DNA of 64,000 bases from Bacteroidales bacterium (GTDB lineage Bacteria > Bacteroidota > Bacteroidia > Bacteroidales > WCHB1-69): contig JAFSOZ010000005.1 of NCBI GenBank assembly GCA_017443175.1, positions 801-64,800 on the forward strand, given 5' to 3'. This document shows, piece by piece, positions 28,511 through 37,118 of this stretch. How positions within the stretch are numbered: position 1 is the stretch's first letter; every line of letters starts with the position of its first letter. The position numbers and the translations under genes are program-made. The notes under the pieces are model-generated. The model was not told where the DNA came from, made no database searches, and saw only the letters and a program-made list of their open reading frames with translations.

Positions 28511-30556
28511 ATGAATAAAAAATGGACAATCGGGCTTGTGTTGGCAGGGCTGATTGTCTTTTTTTGTGTAGGCAGTGCCTTGGCGCAAAGCGATACCACT
28601 GAAAAGCCGGCGCACTGGCTGCCGGAGGTGCAGATTGGCGGCTGGTACTCCAAGATTGAGGCCAGTCCCGCCGCCGTGCAGACTCTCACCGTGCATCAGA
28701 TCGAGAATCTGCCGGCGTTGCAGTTGTCGGACGCTTTGAAATACATGTCGGGAGTGGTGGTCAAGGACTACGGGGGCACCGGAGGCATGAAGACGGTTTC
28801 CGTGCGCGGGTTGGGCTCGCAGCACACGGGCGTGGCCTACGACGGCATGGCCCTCACCGACTGTCAGACTGGTCAGATTGACCTGGGCAAGCTAACCTTG
28901 GACAATGTCGGTAGCCTGAACCTCACTACAGGCTTGGATCTGGATATCTTCAAGCCCGCCCGTCTTTTTTCCTATAGCAATTTGTTGAATATTAACACTA
29001 CCAATTTTTTCCCCAACAAGCCGCTGAAAGTAAGGGTAGCGATTACCGCAGGAATGTATGGTCTGATTTCCCCGCAGTTGTTTCTTGAAAATCTGATTAA
29101 AAGCAAGAAGCAAAGCGACCGCTACGTGTTGTGGAATCTGTCGGCCAACTACACCTACTCCAAAGGTGAGTACCCTTATCTGTTGTATTACGGAGGAATT
29201 TCCGACAGCGTTTCGCGCGAGCGGAGACAGAACACGGACCTGTCGGCCATCAACGCGGAGGCGAATGTCAAGGTCAGTTTCAACGCCAACCAGCGGCTGT
29301 TGGTCAAATGGTACTACTATGATTCGGAGCGTGGGCTACCCTCCGCTACGGTGTTCTATAATCTGAAATCTTCGCAACGGCTTTGGAATAGGAATACCTT
29401 TGCACAGACCCAATACTACCACAGTTTCGGCAAAGGATGGCGGTATCAGGTGGGCGGCAAGTTCAACTACGACTACACACATTATTTGGATCCGGAGTAT
29501 TTGAATTTTGAAGGTAAACTGGACAATGAGTACCGTCAGTATGAAGGTTATCTCACGAATGTGCTCTGCTATACGCTGCCGAAAAATACCAAAGACATTG
29601 ACTTTTCCGTATCGGTGGCCAATGATTTGTTCTATAATCAACTAGATGCCAGTACAATGGAATATGTAAGCCCTGCGCGCTTCACTTCCATGACTTCGCT
29701 GTCGGTGCGTAGCGGAAAGAAGATTTTCTCCATCGTGGGCAATCTGTTGTTCACCACGGTCAACAACATGTCGCAGGGCGAGCAGTTGGGCAAGAACTAC
29801 CTGCATCTCTCTCCGGCGGTCAGCGCCTCGGTGCGGCTCAAAGATGCCGTTACCCTCAGGGCGTTCTACAAGAACATTTTCCGGATGCCTACCTTCAATG
29901 ACCTCTATTACCGCGAAGTGGGCAACTTGAACTTGGAACCGGAGAAAACGCACCAATGGAACCTCGGAGCCGTGCTGAATCAACAGCGTCTGGCCGCTGG
30001 CAAAGTTTATCTTTCTGCCTCCTTGGACGGCTATTTCAACATCGTGAAGGATAAAATCGTGGCCTTCCCCTCGCACAATCTCTTTTCCTGGACCATGCTC
30101 AACTACGGCACGGTATGGATTGCCGGCGCAGAGCTGAATGCTAACGTGGAGTATCAGTTTGTGAAGCACTATTACCTGCGTTTCAACGGCAATGGCACCT
30201 ATCAGAAAGCCATCGATCGCACCGACCCGTTAGGAAAAACCTTCAACCACCAGATTCCCTACACGCCCGTATGGTCGGGTTCCACCAGCGTGGGGCTTGA
30301 GACACCATGGTTCACTATAACCTACGCCACGATTCTGTGTGCCAAACGCTATGCATTGGGTGAGAATATTCCCGCCAATGAGGTGCCTGGCTATGTGGAC
30401 CACAGCATCACGATTGGCCACGAGTATCCTGTCAAAAGTACAAAACTTGGCTTCAAGATTGAATTTCTGAACCTCGCCAACAAGAATTATTCGATTATCC
30501 GTAACTATCCCATGCAGGGATTCGGATGCCGAGGGCGTATCAGTTTTGAGTTTTAG
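28511..30556 (+). CDS. TonB-dependent receptor (BtuB-like subfamily)
   Basis: KDYGG.GGMKTVSVRG plug, FRMPTFNDLY, LEPE, C-terminal Phe. Confidence 0.9.
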   Translation: MNKKWTIGLVLAGLIVFFCVGSALAQSDTTEKPAHWLPEVQIGGWYSKIEASPAAVQTLTVHQIENLPALQLSDALKYMSGVVVKDYGGTGGMKTVSVRGLGSQHTGVAYDGMALTDCQTGQIDLGKLTLDNVGSLNLTTGLDLDIFKPARLFSYSNLLNINTTNFFPNKPLKVRVAITAGMYGLISPQLFLENLIKSKKQSDRYVLWNLSANYTYSKGEYPYLLYYGGISDSVSRERRQNTDLSAINAEANVKVSFNANQRLLVKWYYYDSERGLPSATVFYNLKSSQRLWNRNTFAQTQYYHSFGKGWRYQVGGKFNYDYTHYLDPEYLNFEGKLDNEYRQYEGYLTNVLCYTLPKNTKDIDFSVSVANDLFYNQLDASTMEYVSPARFTSMTSLSVRSGKKIFSIVGNLLFTTVNNMSQGEQLGKNYLHLSPAVSASVRLKDAVTLRAFYKNIFRMPTFNDLYYREVGNLNLEPEKTHQWNLGAVLNQQRLAAGKVYLSASLDGYFNIVKDKIVAFPSHNLFSWTMLNYGTVWIAGAELNANVEYQFVKHYYLRFNGNGTYQKAIDRTDPLGKTFNHQIPYTPVWSGSTSVGLETPWFTITYATILCAKRYALGENIPANEVPGYVDHSITIGHEYPVKSTKLGFKIEFLNLANKNYSIIRNYPMQGFGCRGRISFEF

Positions 30557-30614
30557 GGAAAGACAAATCCTATTCCGGAACTTTTGCTATTTTTGCCCTC
30601 CTTTTTAGAAGAAG

Positions 30615-31202
30615 ATGAAAACCTACCTGTTTCTACATCCAGAACAAGTGACATCCCAGCAGTTGGAGTTGGAAATGCTGCCGCAACTGCCTGCTTGGCG
30701 TCGTGAGCAAGCGCTGAAATTCCGTCATCTGATAGGGCAGGTACTGTGCGCCGAAGCCTATCTGCTTTTGAAGGAGGGTCTTCGAAAAGATTTCGGAATA
30801 GCAGATGAGGTTTCATTTGATTATCTTGAACATGGGAAACCGGTACTGAAAGAATACCCGAATATCCATTTCAACCTCAGTCATTGTCTCAAAGGCGTGC
30901 TCTGTGTTATCGATGAGCAAGGGCCGGTTGGTTGCGACATAGAATCCATTGAACGTACAGTCAATGAGCCGTTATTGCAACGTTGCTGCAACGAAGAAGA
31001 AATCCGGCAAATACGAACAGCTCCGGATCCTGATGCGGAGTTTATGAAAATATGGACGGTCAAGGAGGCCGTGCTTAAATATACCGGACAAGGGCTTATC
31101 CAAGACCTTCCCTCTTTGTTGTCGCCCGAAATGATAGCCTCCATCCAATTGCAAACCTGCGAAAAGGATGGGGTGGTTTTCGCCACTTGTCGGGCAAGAT
31201 AG
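30615..31202 (+). CDS. 4'-phosphopantetheinyl transferase (Sfp-type)
   Basis: GKP, FNLSH, VGCDIE, WTVKEAVLK. Confidence 0.92.
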   Translation: MKTYLFLHPEQVTSQQLELEMLPQLPAWRREQALKFRHLIGQVLCAEAYLLLKEGLRKDFGIADEVSFDYLEHGKPVLKEYPNIHFNLSHCLKGVLCVIDEQGPVGCDIESIERTVNEPLLQRCCNEEEIRQIRTAPDPDAEFMKIWTVKEAVLKYTGQGLIQDLPSLLSPEMIASIQLQTCEKDGVVFATCRAR

Positions 31203-31216
31203 AGAAACAGGAGAGC

Positions 31217-32038
31217 CTATGCTTCCATGCTTTCGAGCATATCTACCACATTGTCAAGATAATCCACTTCGGCCTTTTCAATTTCGCCTTTGTCGGCTAA
31301 TTGTGCCAAATTGGAATCGATGGGCATCTGGGCCAGCAGTTTCAGGTTGAACTCTTTGGCCACCTCTTCCGCGTGGCTGGTGCCGAACACGTTGATTTTC
31401 TCGTTGCAATGCGGGCATTTCACGTAGCTGTAGTTCTCCACTAAGCCGAGCACGGGAATGTTCATCATGCCGGCCATGTTCACGGCTTTGCTTACGATGA
31501 GGGAGACCAAGTCTTGCGGGGAGGTTACCATGATAATCCCATCCACGGCCATGCTTTGGAACACCGTGAGAGGCACATCGCCGGTGCCGGGGGGCATGTC
31601 AATCAGCAGGAAGTCGATGTTGTCCCATATCACCTCTGTCCAGAATTGCTTCACCATGCCGGCGATGAGCGGGCCGCGCCAGATGACGGGTGTTTTCTCG
31701 TCATCGGTGAGCAGGTTGGCCGAGATAACGTGGATGCCGGTCTCGGTTTCTGCCGGAATCACACCGTCCTGTGTGCCGCCTACGATAGTGTGGAGGTTGA
31801 ACATCTTGGGGATGGAAGGGCCGGTGATATCGGCATCGAGGATGCCCACGCGATAGCCCTTGCGGTGCAGTTGCACGGCTAACAACGAAGTAACGGAGCT
31901 CTTGCCCACGCCACCTTTTCCGCTCACAATGCCGATGACTTTCTTAATATTGCTTTTGGGATTCGGTTTTTCACGCAAATCTCTCTGTTCACAAGCCGAT
32001 TGACTGCAATGTCCGCAGTCGTGATTACATTCTGCCAT
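31217..32038 (-). CDS. Mrp/NBP35 Fe-S cluster carrier ATPase
   Basis: N-terminal Cys cluster, GKGGVGKS, DMPPGT, CPHC. Confidence 0.93.
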   Translation of the reverse strand: MAECNHDCGHCSQSACEQRDLREKPNPKSNIKKVIGIVSGKGGVGKSSVTSLLAVQLHRKGYRVGILDADITGPSIPKMFNLHTIVGGTQDGVIPAETETGIHVISANLLTDDEKTPVIWRGPLIAGMVKQFWTEVIWDNIDFLLIDMPPGTGDVPLTVFQSMAVDGIIMVTSPQDLVSLIVSKAVNMAGMMNIPVLGLVENYSYVKCPHCNEKINVFGTSHAEEVAKEFNLKLLAQMPIDSNLAQLADKGEIEKAEVDYLDNVVDMLESMEA

Positions 32039-32097
32039 AAAAAGTTGTTGTTTCTCTATGTTTATAATTTTCAAAAGGGCCGCAAAAATACAACATA

Positions 32098-32168
32098 CAA
32101 TTCAAAGTTCAAAGTTTAAAGTTCAAAGTTCAAAAAACTGAACTTTGAATTTTGAATTCTGAATATTG
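32098..32168. repeat. Inverted pair of 7-bp arrays (AAAGTTC)n..(GAACTTT-like)n forming a hairpin
   Basis: ttcaaagttca-aaaaac-tgaactttgaa core with periodic extension. Confidence 0.8.
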
Positions 32169-32170
32169 CA

Positions 32171-33841
32171 TTACTTATTGTGCTTGCCAACAAGCCGATA
32201 GGTCTTCATGCCGCCGATGAGGTTATAGACTTCTTCAAATCCCGATTGCATGAGGATGCGGGCGGCTACATAGCCGCGCAAGCCCACTTCGCAGAACACC
32301 ACTGTCTTCTTGTCGGGTTGGATATCTTCCAGAAATTCGCGAAGTTCATCCACAGGATAATTCTCTGCCCCTTCGATGGTGCCAACTTTGAATTCCTGGA
32401 TCTCGCGCACATCGATGAGGTTGATGTCCTCTTGTTTGTCCAGAATCTCGTCCAGTTCAGCTGCTTGGATAGGATTCATCAGATGGGAGAGGATGTTCTC
32501 GGCCACCATGCCGGCGAACATCACAGGGCTTTTGGCGGAGCCGTAGGGTGGTGCGTAGGCGTGTTCGCTGTTCACCAGGTCGAAAATGGTGCCCTGGTGC
32601 TTGAGGAGCAGCGAGATCACGTCGATCTGTTTATCCACATTCTGCGAGCCCACCGCTTGTGCGCCTAAGATGCGCCCGGATTCAGGGCAGAAGTTGAGCT
32701 TGAGGTGGATGGGTTGGCCGCCTGGGTAGTAGGTGGCGTGCGGTGCGGGGTGCGTGATGACGGTTTGGTATGCGATGCCCGCTTTTTGCAGGGCAGCCTC
32801 CGAGAGGCCGGTGCTGGCCGCTGTCAGCTCAAAGATTTTGGCGATGGCCGTAGCCACGGAGCCCTGATATTGCACAGATTGGGGATAGACCATGTTCATG
32901 GCTGCTGTGCGCGCCTGCAGGTTGGCGGGTCCGGCTAAGAAGTTGCAGTATGGTTTGCCCGTCACGGGATGCGGAAATTCTATGGCGTCGCCCACCGCGA
33001 AGATGCACTCGTCGGAGGTTTGCAGGTACTCGTTTACCCAGATGCCGCCGGCCTCGCCGATTTTGAGACCGCAGGCTTGCGCCAATGCGATGTTGGGGCG
33101 CACGCCGATGCTCAGAATGGCGATGTCACAGGGCAGTTCGGTGTGGTCTTCCAGGACGACCGAAAGCTTTCCGTCTTTTTCCTGGAATGCGCTCAGGCCG
33201 TTTTGCGTGATGACGCGCACACCCTTGTCTTGCAGATGTTGCTGCACAATGGCGGCCATGGGCCAATCCAGCGGTGTGAGCACGTGTGTGGCTTTCTCCA
33301 CCACGGTCACAGCATAGCCGATTTTGCACAGGTTTTCCGCCATCTCCAATCCGATGAATCCGCCGCCGATGATGACAGCTGTGGCGTTGTCGTGCATCTG
33401 GTCGATGGCTTGCATCTTGATGCGGTCGCAGTCGGCTACGTTGCGCAAGGTGAAGATACCAGGCAGATCAATGCCTTGAATGGCGGGTTTGATAGGCTCT
33501 GCACCTGGCGAGAGCAGCAGGATGTCGTAATCCTCTTCATACTCTTTGCCGTTGCGCAGGTTTTTCACGGAAACGGTCTTGCGGTCGCGGTTGATGGCAG
33601 TCACCTCGTTCAGTGTGCGCACGTCAACGTCGTAGCGGTTGCCGAACGAAACCGGGGTTTGCAGGAAGAGTTTTTTCCGGTCCTCAATGGTGTTGCCGAT
33701 GTAATAGGGAAGTCCGCAGTTGGCGTAAGAGATATGTTCGCCTTTCTCAAACAGCACGATTTCAGCGTCTTCGTTTATTCTTTTCAGTCTGGCTGCCGCC
33801 GAAGCGCCTCCGGCTACGCCACCGATAATCACGTATTTCAT
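32171..33841 (-). CDS. CoA-disulfide reductase-like FAD oxidoreductase with C-terminal rhodanese
   Basis: GGVAGG, SYANCGLP, GGGFIG, YAPPY, DVRE..FCEVGLRG. Confidence 0.93.
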   Translation of the reverse strand: MKYVIIGGVAGGASAAARLKRINEDAEIVLFEKGEHISYANCGLPYYIGNTIEDRKKLFLQTPVSFGNRYDVDVRTLNEVTAINRDRKTVSVKNLRNGKEYEEDYDILLLSPGAEPIKPAIQGIDLPGIFTLRNVADCDRIKMQAIDQMHDNATAVIIGGGFIGLEMAENLCKIGYAVTVVEKATHVLTPLDWPMAAIVQQHLQDKGVRVITQNGLSAFQEKDGKLSVVLEDHTELPCDIAILSIGVRPNIALAQACGLKIGEAGGIWVNEYLQTSDECIFAVGDAIEFPHPVTGKPYCNFLAGPANLQARTAAMNMVYPQSVQYQGSVATAIAKIFELTAASTGLSEAALQKAGIAYQTVITHPAPHATYYPGGQPIHLKLNFCPESGRILGAQAVGSQNVDKQIDVISLLLKHQGTIFDLVNSEHAYAPPYGSAKSPVMFAGMVAENILSHLMNPIQAAELDEILDKQEDINLIDVREIQEFKVGTIEGAENYPVDELREFLEDIQPDKKTVVFCEVGLRGYVAARILMQSGFEEVYNLIGGMKTYRLVGKHNK

Positions 33842-33908
33842 AAGCGAGGGTTTTAAAGGTGGGCAAAGATACTGTTTTTTATTATTTTTGTACGCAAAAT
33901 TTGATGTT

Positions 33909-34703
33909 ATGAAAATCAAGGAAATAACGAATTATTTGGAGGAGCGTTTTCCTCTTTGTTTGCAGGAGGATTTTGACAATTGCGGGGTGCAGTGCGGCGA
34001 TGTAGAGCAGGAAATCAGAGGTGCATTGGTCTGTTTTGAGATGTCGGAGAAGGTCATTGACGAGGCTTTGGCCATGGGTGCCAATCTGGTGATTTCGCAC
34101 CATCCACTGATGCTCAAGCGCGGACTTTGCAAGATTGAGCCCACCAACCGCGTGGGCAAGGTGATTTGCAAGGCGTTGCGCCACGACATGGTGCTCTACT
34201 CCATGCACACCAACATCGACAGTGCGGAAGGAGGCGGCAATGATGTCTTCGCCGAGAAGTTGGACTTGCACGATGTGCGCGTGCTGGTGCCTTCGGAGGC
34301 CGACGGCATGGCCGAACGCAATGGATTGGGACGTGTTGGCAAATTGCCTCGGCCGATGTCCATGATGGATTTCCTGCGCTACGTGAAGGAGCAAATGGCC
34401 TTGCAGGTGATCCGCTATCACGGCAATCCGGCAAAAACCATTGAGACCGTGGCGATTTGCGGTGGTGGCGGCGCCTCGTTCATTGAGGATGCATTGCGCG
34501 CCGGAGCAGACGCCTACGTGTCGGGCGACATTAAGTACCACGACTTTTTCAAAGCCGAAAATGAGATGCTCATCGCGGATATCGGGCATTATGAAGGCGA
34601 GTTTTTTATTAAAGAAATAATTTATAAGGCATTAAAAGAAAAATTTACTACCTTTGCCGCCTCAATTTCTAAAATGGACAATTTAGAAGTTTTGTATTTA
34701 TAG
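33909..34703 (+). CDS. Nif3-like dinuclear metal protein
   Basis: EDFDNCG, ISHHP, HTNID, DIGHYE. Confidence 0.93.
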   Translation: MKIKEITNYLEERFPLCLQEDFDNCGVQCGDVEQEIRGALVCFEMSEKVIDEALAMGANLVISHHPLMLKRGLCKIEPTNRVGKVICKALRHDMVLYSMHTNIDSAEGGGNDVFAEKLDLHDVRVLVPSEADGMAERNGLGRVGKLPRPMSMMDFLRYVKEQMALQVIRYHGNPAKTIETVAICGGGGASFIEDALRAGADAYVSGDIKYHDFFKAENEMLIADIGHYEGEFFIKEIIYKALKEKFTTFAASISKMDNLEVLYL

Positions 34704-34732
34704 ATATTTGATAATCAAACAATTAAAATAGT

Positions 34733-35827
34733 ATGGCCACAAAAAAAGCTACAGAAAAAAAAGTTGCTGAACCGGCAGAAGAACCCAAAACCAAGAAAGC
34801 CACGACCAAAAAAGCCGCTGTAAAAGAGGCTCCAGTCCAAGAAGAACCCGTTGCGGAAGAGGCTGCTGAAAAGAAACCCGCCAAGAAAGCCGCTGCCAAG
34901 AAGACTACGGAAAAGGAGAGTGTAAAGAAAGAGCCTGCCAAGAAGTCAACACCCAAAGCGAAAAAAGCGGAAGCTGTAGCTGAAGAGCCTGTTGTGGCTG
35001 CAATGGAAGAGGAAGTCACCGTGGAGAAAAATTCCGACGGTGTGGTGGAAGTGAAGAAACACGAGGATACCACCATCACTTCAGAAGAGATCACCATTGA
35101 GCAAAAGCTGCTCTCTTTATACAATCTCCAGCAAATCTGCACCAAGATTGACGATATCCGCATGATTCGCGGCGAGTTGCCGGAAGAGATTCGCGACAAC
35201 GAGGACGAATGCGAAGGCAAACGCACGCGTATTGCCAAATTCAAAGACGAGATTGAGAACCTCCGTTTGAAAATCTCATCCGAGAACACCAAGAAGGAAG
35301 AGTCCATGGCTGCCATCAAGAAATATGAGGAGCAGCAGAACAACGTACGTAACAACCGCGAGTATGAATCCTTGAGCAAGGAGATTGAATACCAGAAGCT
35401 GGAAATCCAGGTTTCGGAGAAGCACAAAGTGAAATACGAAGCTGAGATTGAAGAGAAAGAGGCGCTTATCGCTGAGACTCAGGAAAAGCTTGGCGAGTTG
35501 GAAGAGGTGTTGAAGCAGAAAAAAGCCGAGTTGGAAGTGATTGTGGCTGACACGGAAAAAGAGGAAGAAGAACTCTTGGCACAGGCTGAGGTTCTGAAAG
35601 CCAAAGTTGACCAGCGCTTGCTCACCGCTTTCGAGAGAATCCGCAAGAACGCCCACAATGGTTTGGCCATCGTGAAGATTGAGCGCGACGCTTGCGGTGG
35701 TTGTTTCAGCAAGATTCCTCCTCAACGCCAGCTGGATATTGCCCTGCACAAAAAGATCATCGTGTGCGAGGCCTGCGGTCGTATCTTCATTGACGACAAG
35801 CTTGTCCACAAACAGGACGAAGCATAG
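34733..35827 (+). CDS. Coiled-coil C4 zinc-ribbon protein (DUF164-type) with Lys/Ala/Glu-rich N-terminal extension
   Basis: RGELP, NNREY, ACGGC..CEACGR; usual neighbour of Nif3; promoter TACCTTTG 34649-34656. Confidence 0.88.
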   Translation: MATKKATEKKVAEPAEEPKTKKATTKKAAVKEAPVQEEPVAEEAAEKKPAKKAAAKKTTEKESVKKEPAKKSTPKAKKAEAVAEEPVVAAMEEEVTVEKNSDGVVEVKKHEDTTITSEEITIEQKLLSLYNLQQICTKIDDIRMIRGELPEEIRDNEDECEGKRTRIAKFKDEIENLRLKISSENTKKEESMAAIKKYEEQQNNVRNNREYESLSKEIEYQKLEIQVSEKHKVKYEAEIEEKEALIAETQEKLGELEEVLKQKKAELEVIVADTEKEEEELLAQAEVLKAKVDQRLLTAFERIRKNAHNGLAIVKIERDACGGCFSKIPPQRQLDIALHKKIIVCEACGRIFIDDKLVHKQDEA

Positions 35828-35856
35828 CAAGATACAGAGAACAGGATACTGTTTAC

Positions 35857-35886
35857 AAAAGAGACGCACAGCCGTGCGTCTCTTTT
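35857..35886. terminator. Terminator hairpin built from the REP-like palindrome
   Basis: AAAAGAGACGCAC-AGCC-GTGCGTCTCTTTT; 24-bp core identical to 6978-7001. Confidence 0.85.
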
Positions 35887-36035
35887 TGGTATATGGAGAG
35901 AGGAAAATCATTGTAGATATACTTGATGTGTCAGGGAAAAGGCAGATCAGGATGCAACAAAAAATGATGTTCGGAAGCCATTTTCTTCCAAAACGGAGTA
36001 TTTATTCATCCCATATCCGTCATTATATGCCCCAT
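35887..36035 (-). pseudogene. 5' relic of membrane LytTR-type regulator
   Basis: ILRFGRKWLPNIIFCCILICLFPDTS vs ILHFGRCWLPHILFCCLLICIFPKTS of gene 1-277 (19/26 identical); broken start, truncated at palindrome. Confidence 0.8.
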
Positions 36036-36136
36036 ATTTCAATTGAAAACGAGTTTTTTCAATGCAAAAATCGAGAAAAAAAATATGAAAAAATCAATTT
36101 TTTTTTCGTGGTTTATTGGTCTGAGAATTAGTGGTT

Positions 36137-36178
36137 TGGGACGAAACTGGGACGAACTTGGGACGAAAGTGGGACGAA
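36137..36178 (+). repeat. Four TGGGACGAA copies at exact 11-bp period
   Basis: Starts at 36137, 36148, 36159, 36170. Confidence 0.9.
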
Positions 36179-36288
36179 GGAGGGGTGAAATTATGTGGGT
36201 CTCGGATGTTTCATGATGATGATGTGTTAAAAACAGGTATTTTAGCAAGCGACAAACCCTTTTTTATTCACATTTTTATACAACATTT

Positions 36289-36376
36289 ATGACAAGGATT
36301 CTTTTCCTTGCACAAGTCCTGATCATGTGCAGAGCATCCTTGCTTGCACAGGACAAATCGCCCCCTGCCCATGGTA
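36289..36376 (+). pseudogene. 5' relic (signal peptide) of tail-fibre-like gene family of 2404-3201
   Basis: FLAQVLIMCRASLLAQDK vs FLAQILIVCWVSLIAQDK (13/18); upstream leaders also similar; similarity ends at CCATGGTA. Confidence 0.8.
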
Positions 36377-36399
36377 AACGCCTGGCGGGGCGTCTCTAC
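36374..36399. repeat. Degenerate REP-like palindrome GTAAACGCC-TGGCGG-GGCGTCTCTAC
   Basis: Intact GCGTCTCTAC arm; supplies the TAG stop of the methyltransferase on the minus strand. Confidence 0.65.
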
Positions 36400-37118
36400 A
36401 ATAAATACGGTTTGGTAACGCCCCGGTATTCCTCCGTATATTCGTTTTGTTCGTTGCGGATGACCAGATGATGTTCTGTGCAAGAGACATCCGCGCGGCT
36501 GTATTCCTGTATCACGCGATGGACCGGTTTCTTGGCGGTGGGTTGGATAAACACCCGTTTGCGGCAGTGCAAAAGACCTTCCGTCAAAGCGTGGAACTGC
36601 GCACCCTCCACGGGTGGCAGAATCAGGGCGAAGCGGCCTCCTTCTTTCAAAAGTTTTAACACACTTTGCAACAACTCCTCGAAGGGGAGCTGGTGGTCAC
36701 GGTGCTTGCTCCGGAGCCTCTTTTCCTGCGCCGGCTTCAAATCATGGCCGTAAAAGGGCGGGTTGGTGACGATGAGGTCAAATTGTACGGGATGGTCGGC
36801 GGCGGCCATGTCCTGCACGCGCCCCTGCACAAAGCGGAACGTATCAGCGGGGAGCAGGGGATAGGCAGCGGCGTTTTGCCGCGCCTCCAAAACCGAAGCT
36901 TCGTCAGGGTCGAGACCATACACCAGCGGTTGGGCTTGCTTGTGCGCCAGCTGCTGGGCCAGGCAAAAGGCTATCACACCGCACCCGCAGCCGATGTCCA
37001 ATACCGATTGCGCATTTTCCACATCGGTGAGTGCTGCCAATAATACCGCATCGGTACCTATCTTCAAGGTACTTTTGTCATGTTGAAGTGAAAATTTCTT
37101 AAAATGAAACGAGGCCAT
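36396..37118 (-). CDS. tRNA1(Val) A37 N6-methyltransferase (TrmN6/YfiC family)
   Basis: FHFKKF, KIGTDAVLL, LDIGCGCG, TNPPF. Confidence 0.9.
   Translation of the reverse strand: MASFHFKKFSLQHDKSTLKIGTDAVLLAALTDVENAQSVLDIGCGCGVIAFCLAQQLAHKQAQPLVYGLDPDEASVLEARQNAAAYPLLPADTFRFVQGRVQDMAAADHPVQFDLIVTNPPFYGHDLKPAQEKRLRSKHRDHQLPFEELLQSVLKLLKEGGRFALILPPVEGAQFHALTEGLLHCRKRVFIQPTAKKPVHRVIQEYSRADVSCTEHHLVIRNEQNEYTEEYRGVTKPYLL

Noticed and set aside
34649-34656. -7 promoters inside 3' ends of nif3 and coaX (52642-52649)
   Set aside because: Plausible but ordinary internal promoters; not unusual.
36289-36471. 60-aa ORF as a functional small protein
   Set aside because: Only the first ~25 codons match a real gene; the rest runs through the palindrome and antisense into the methyltransferase.
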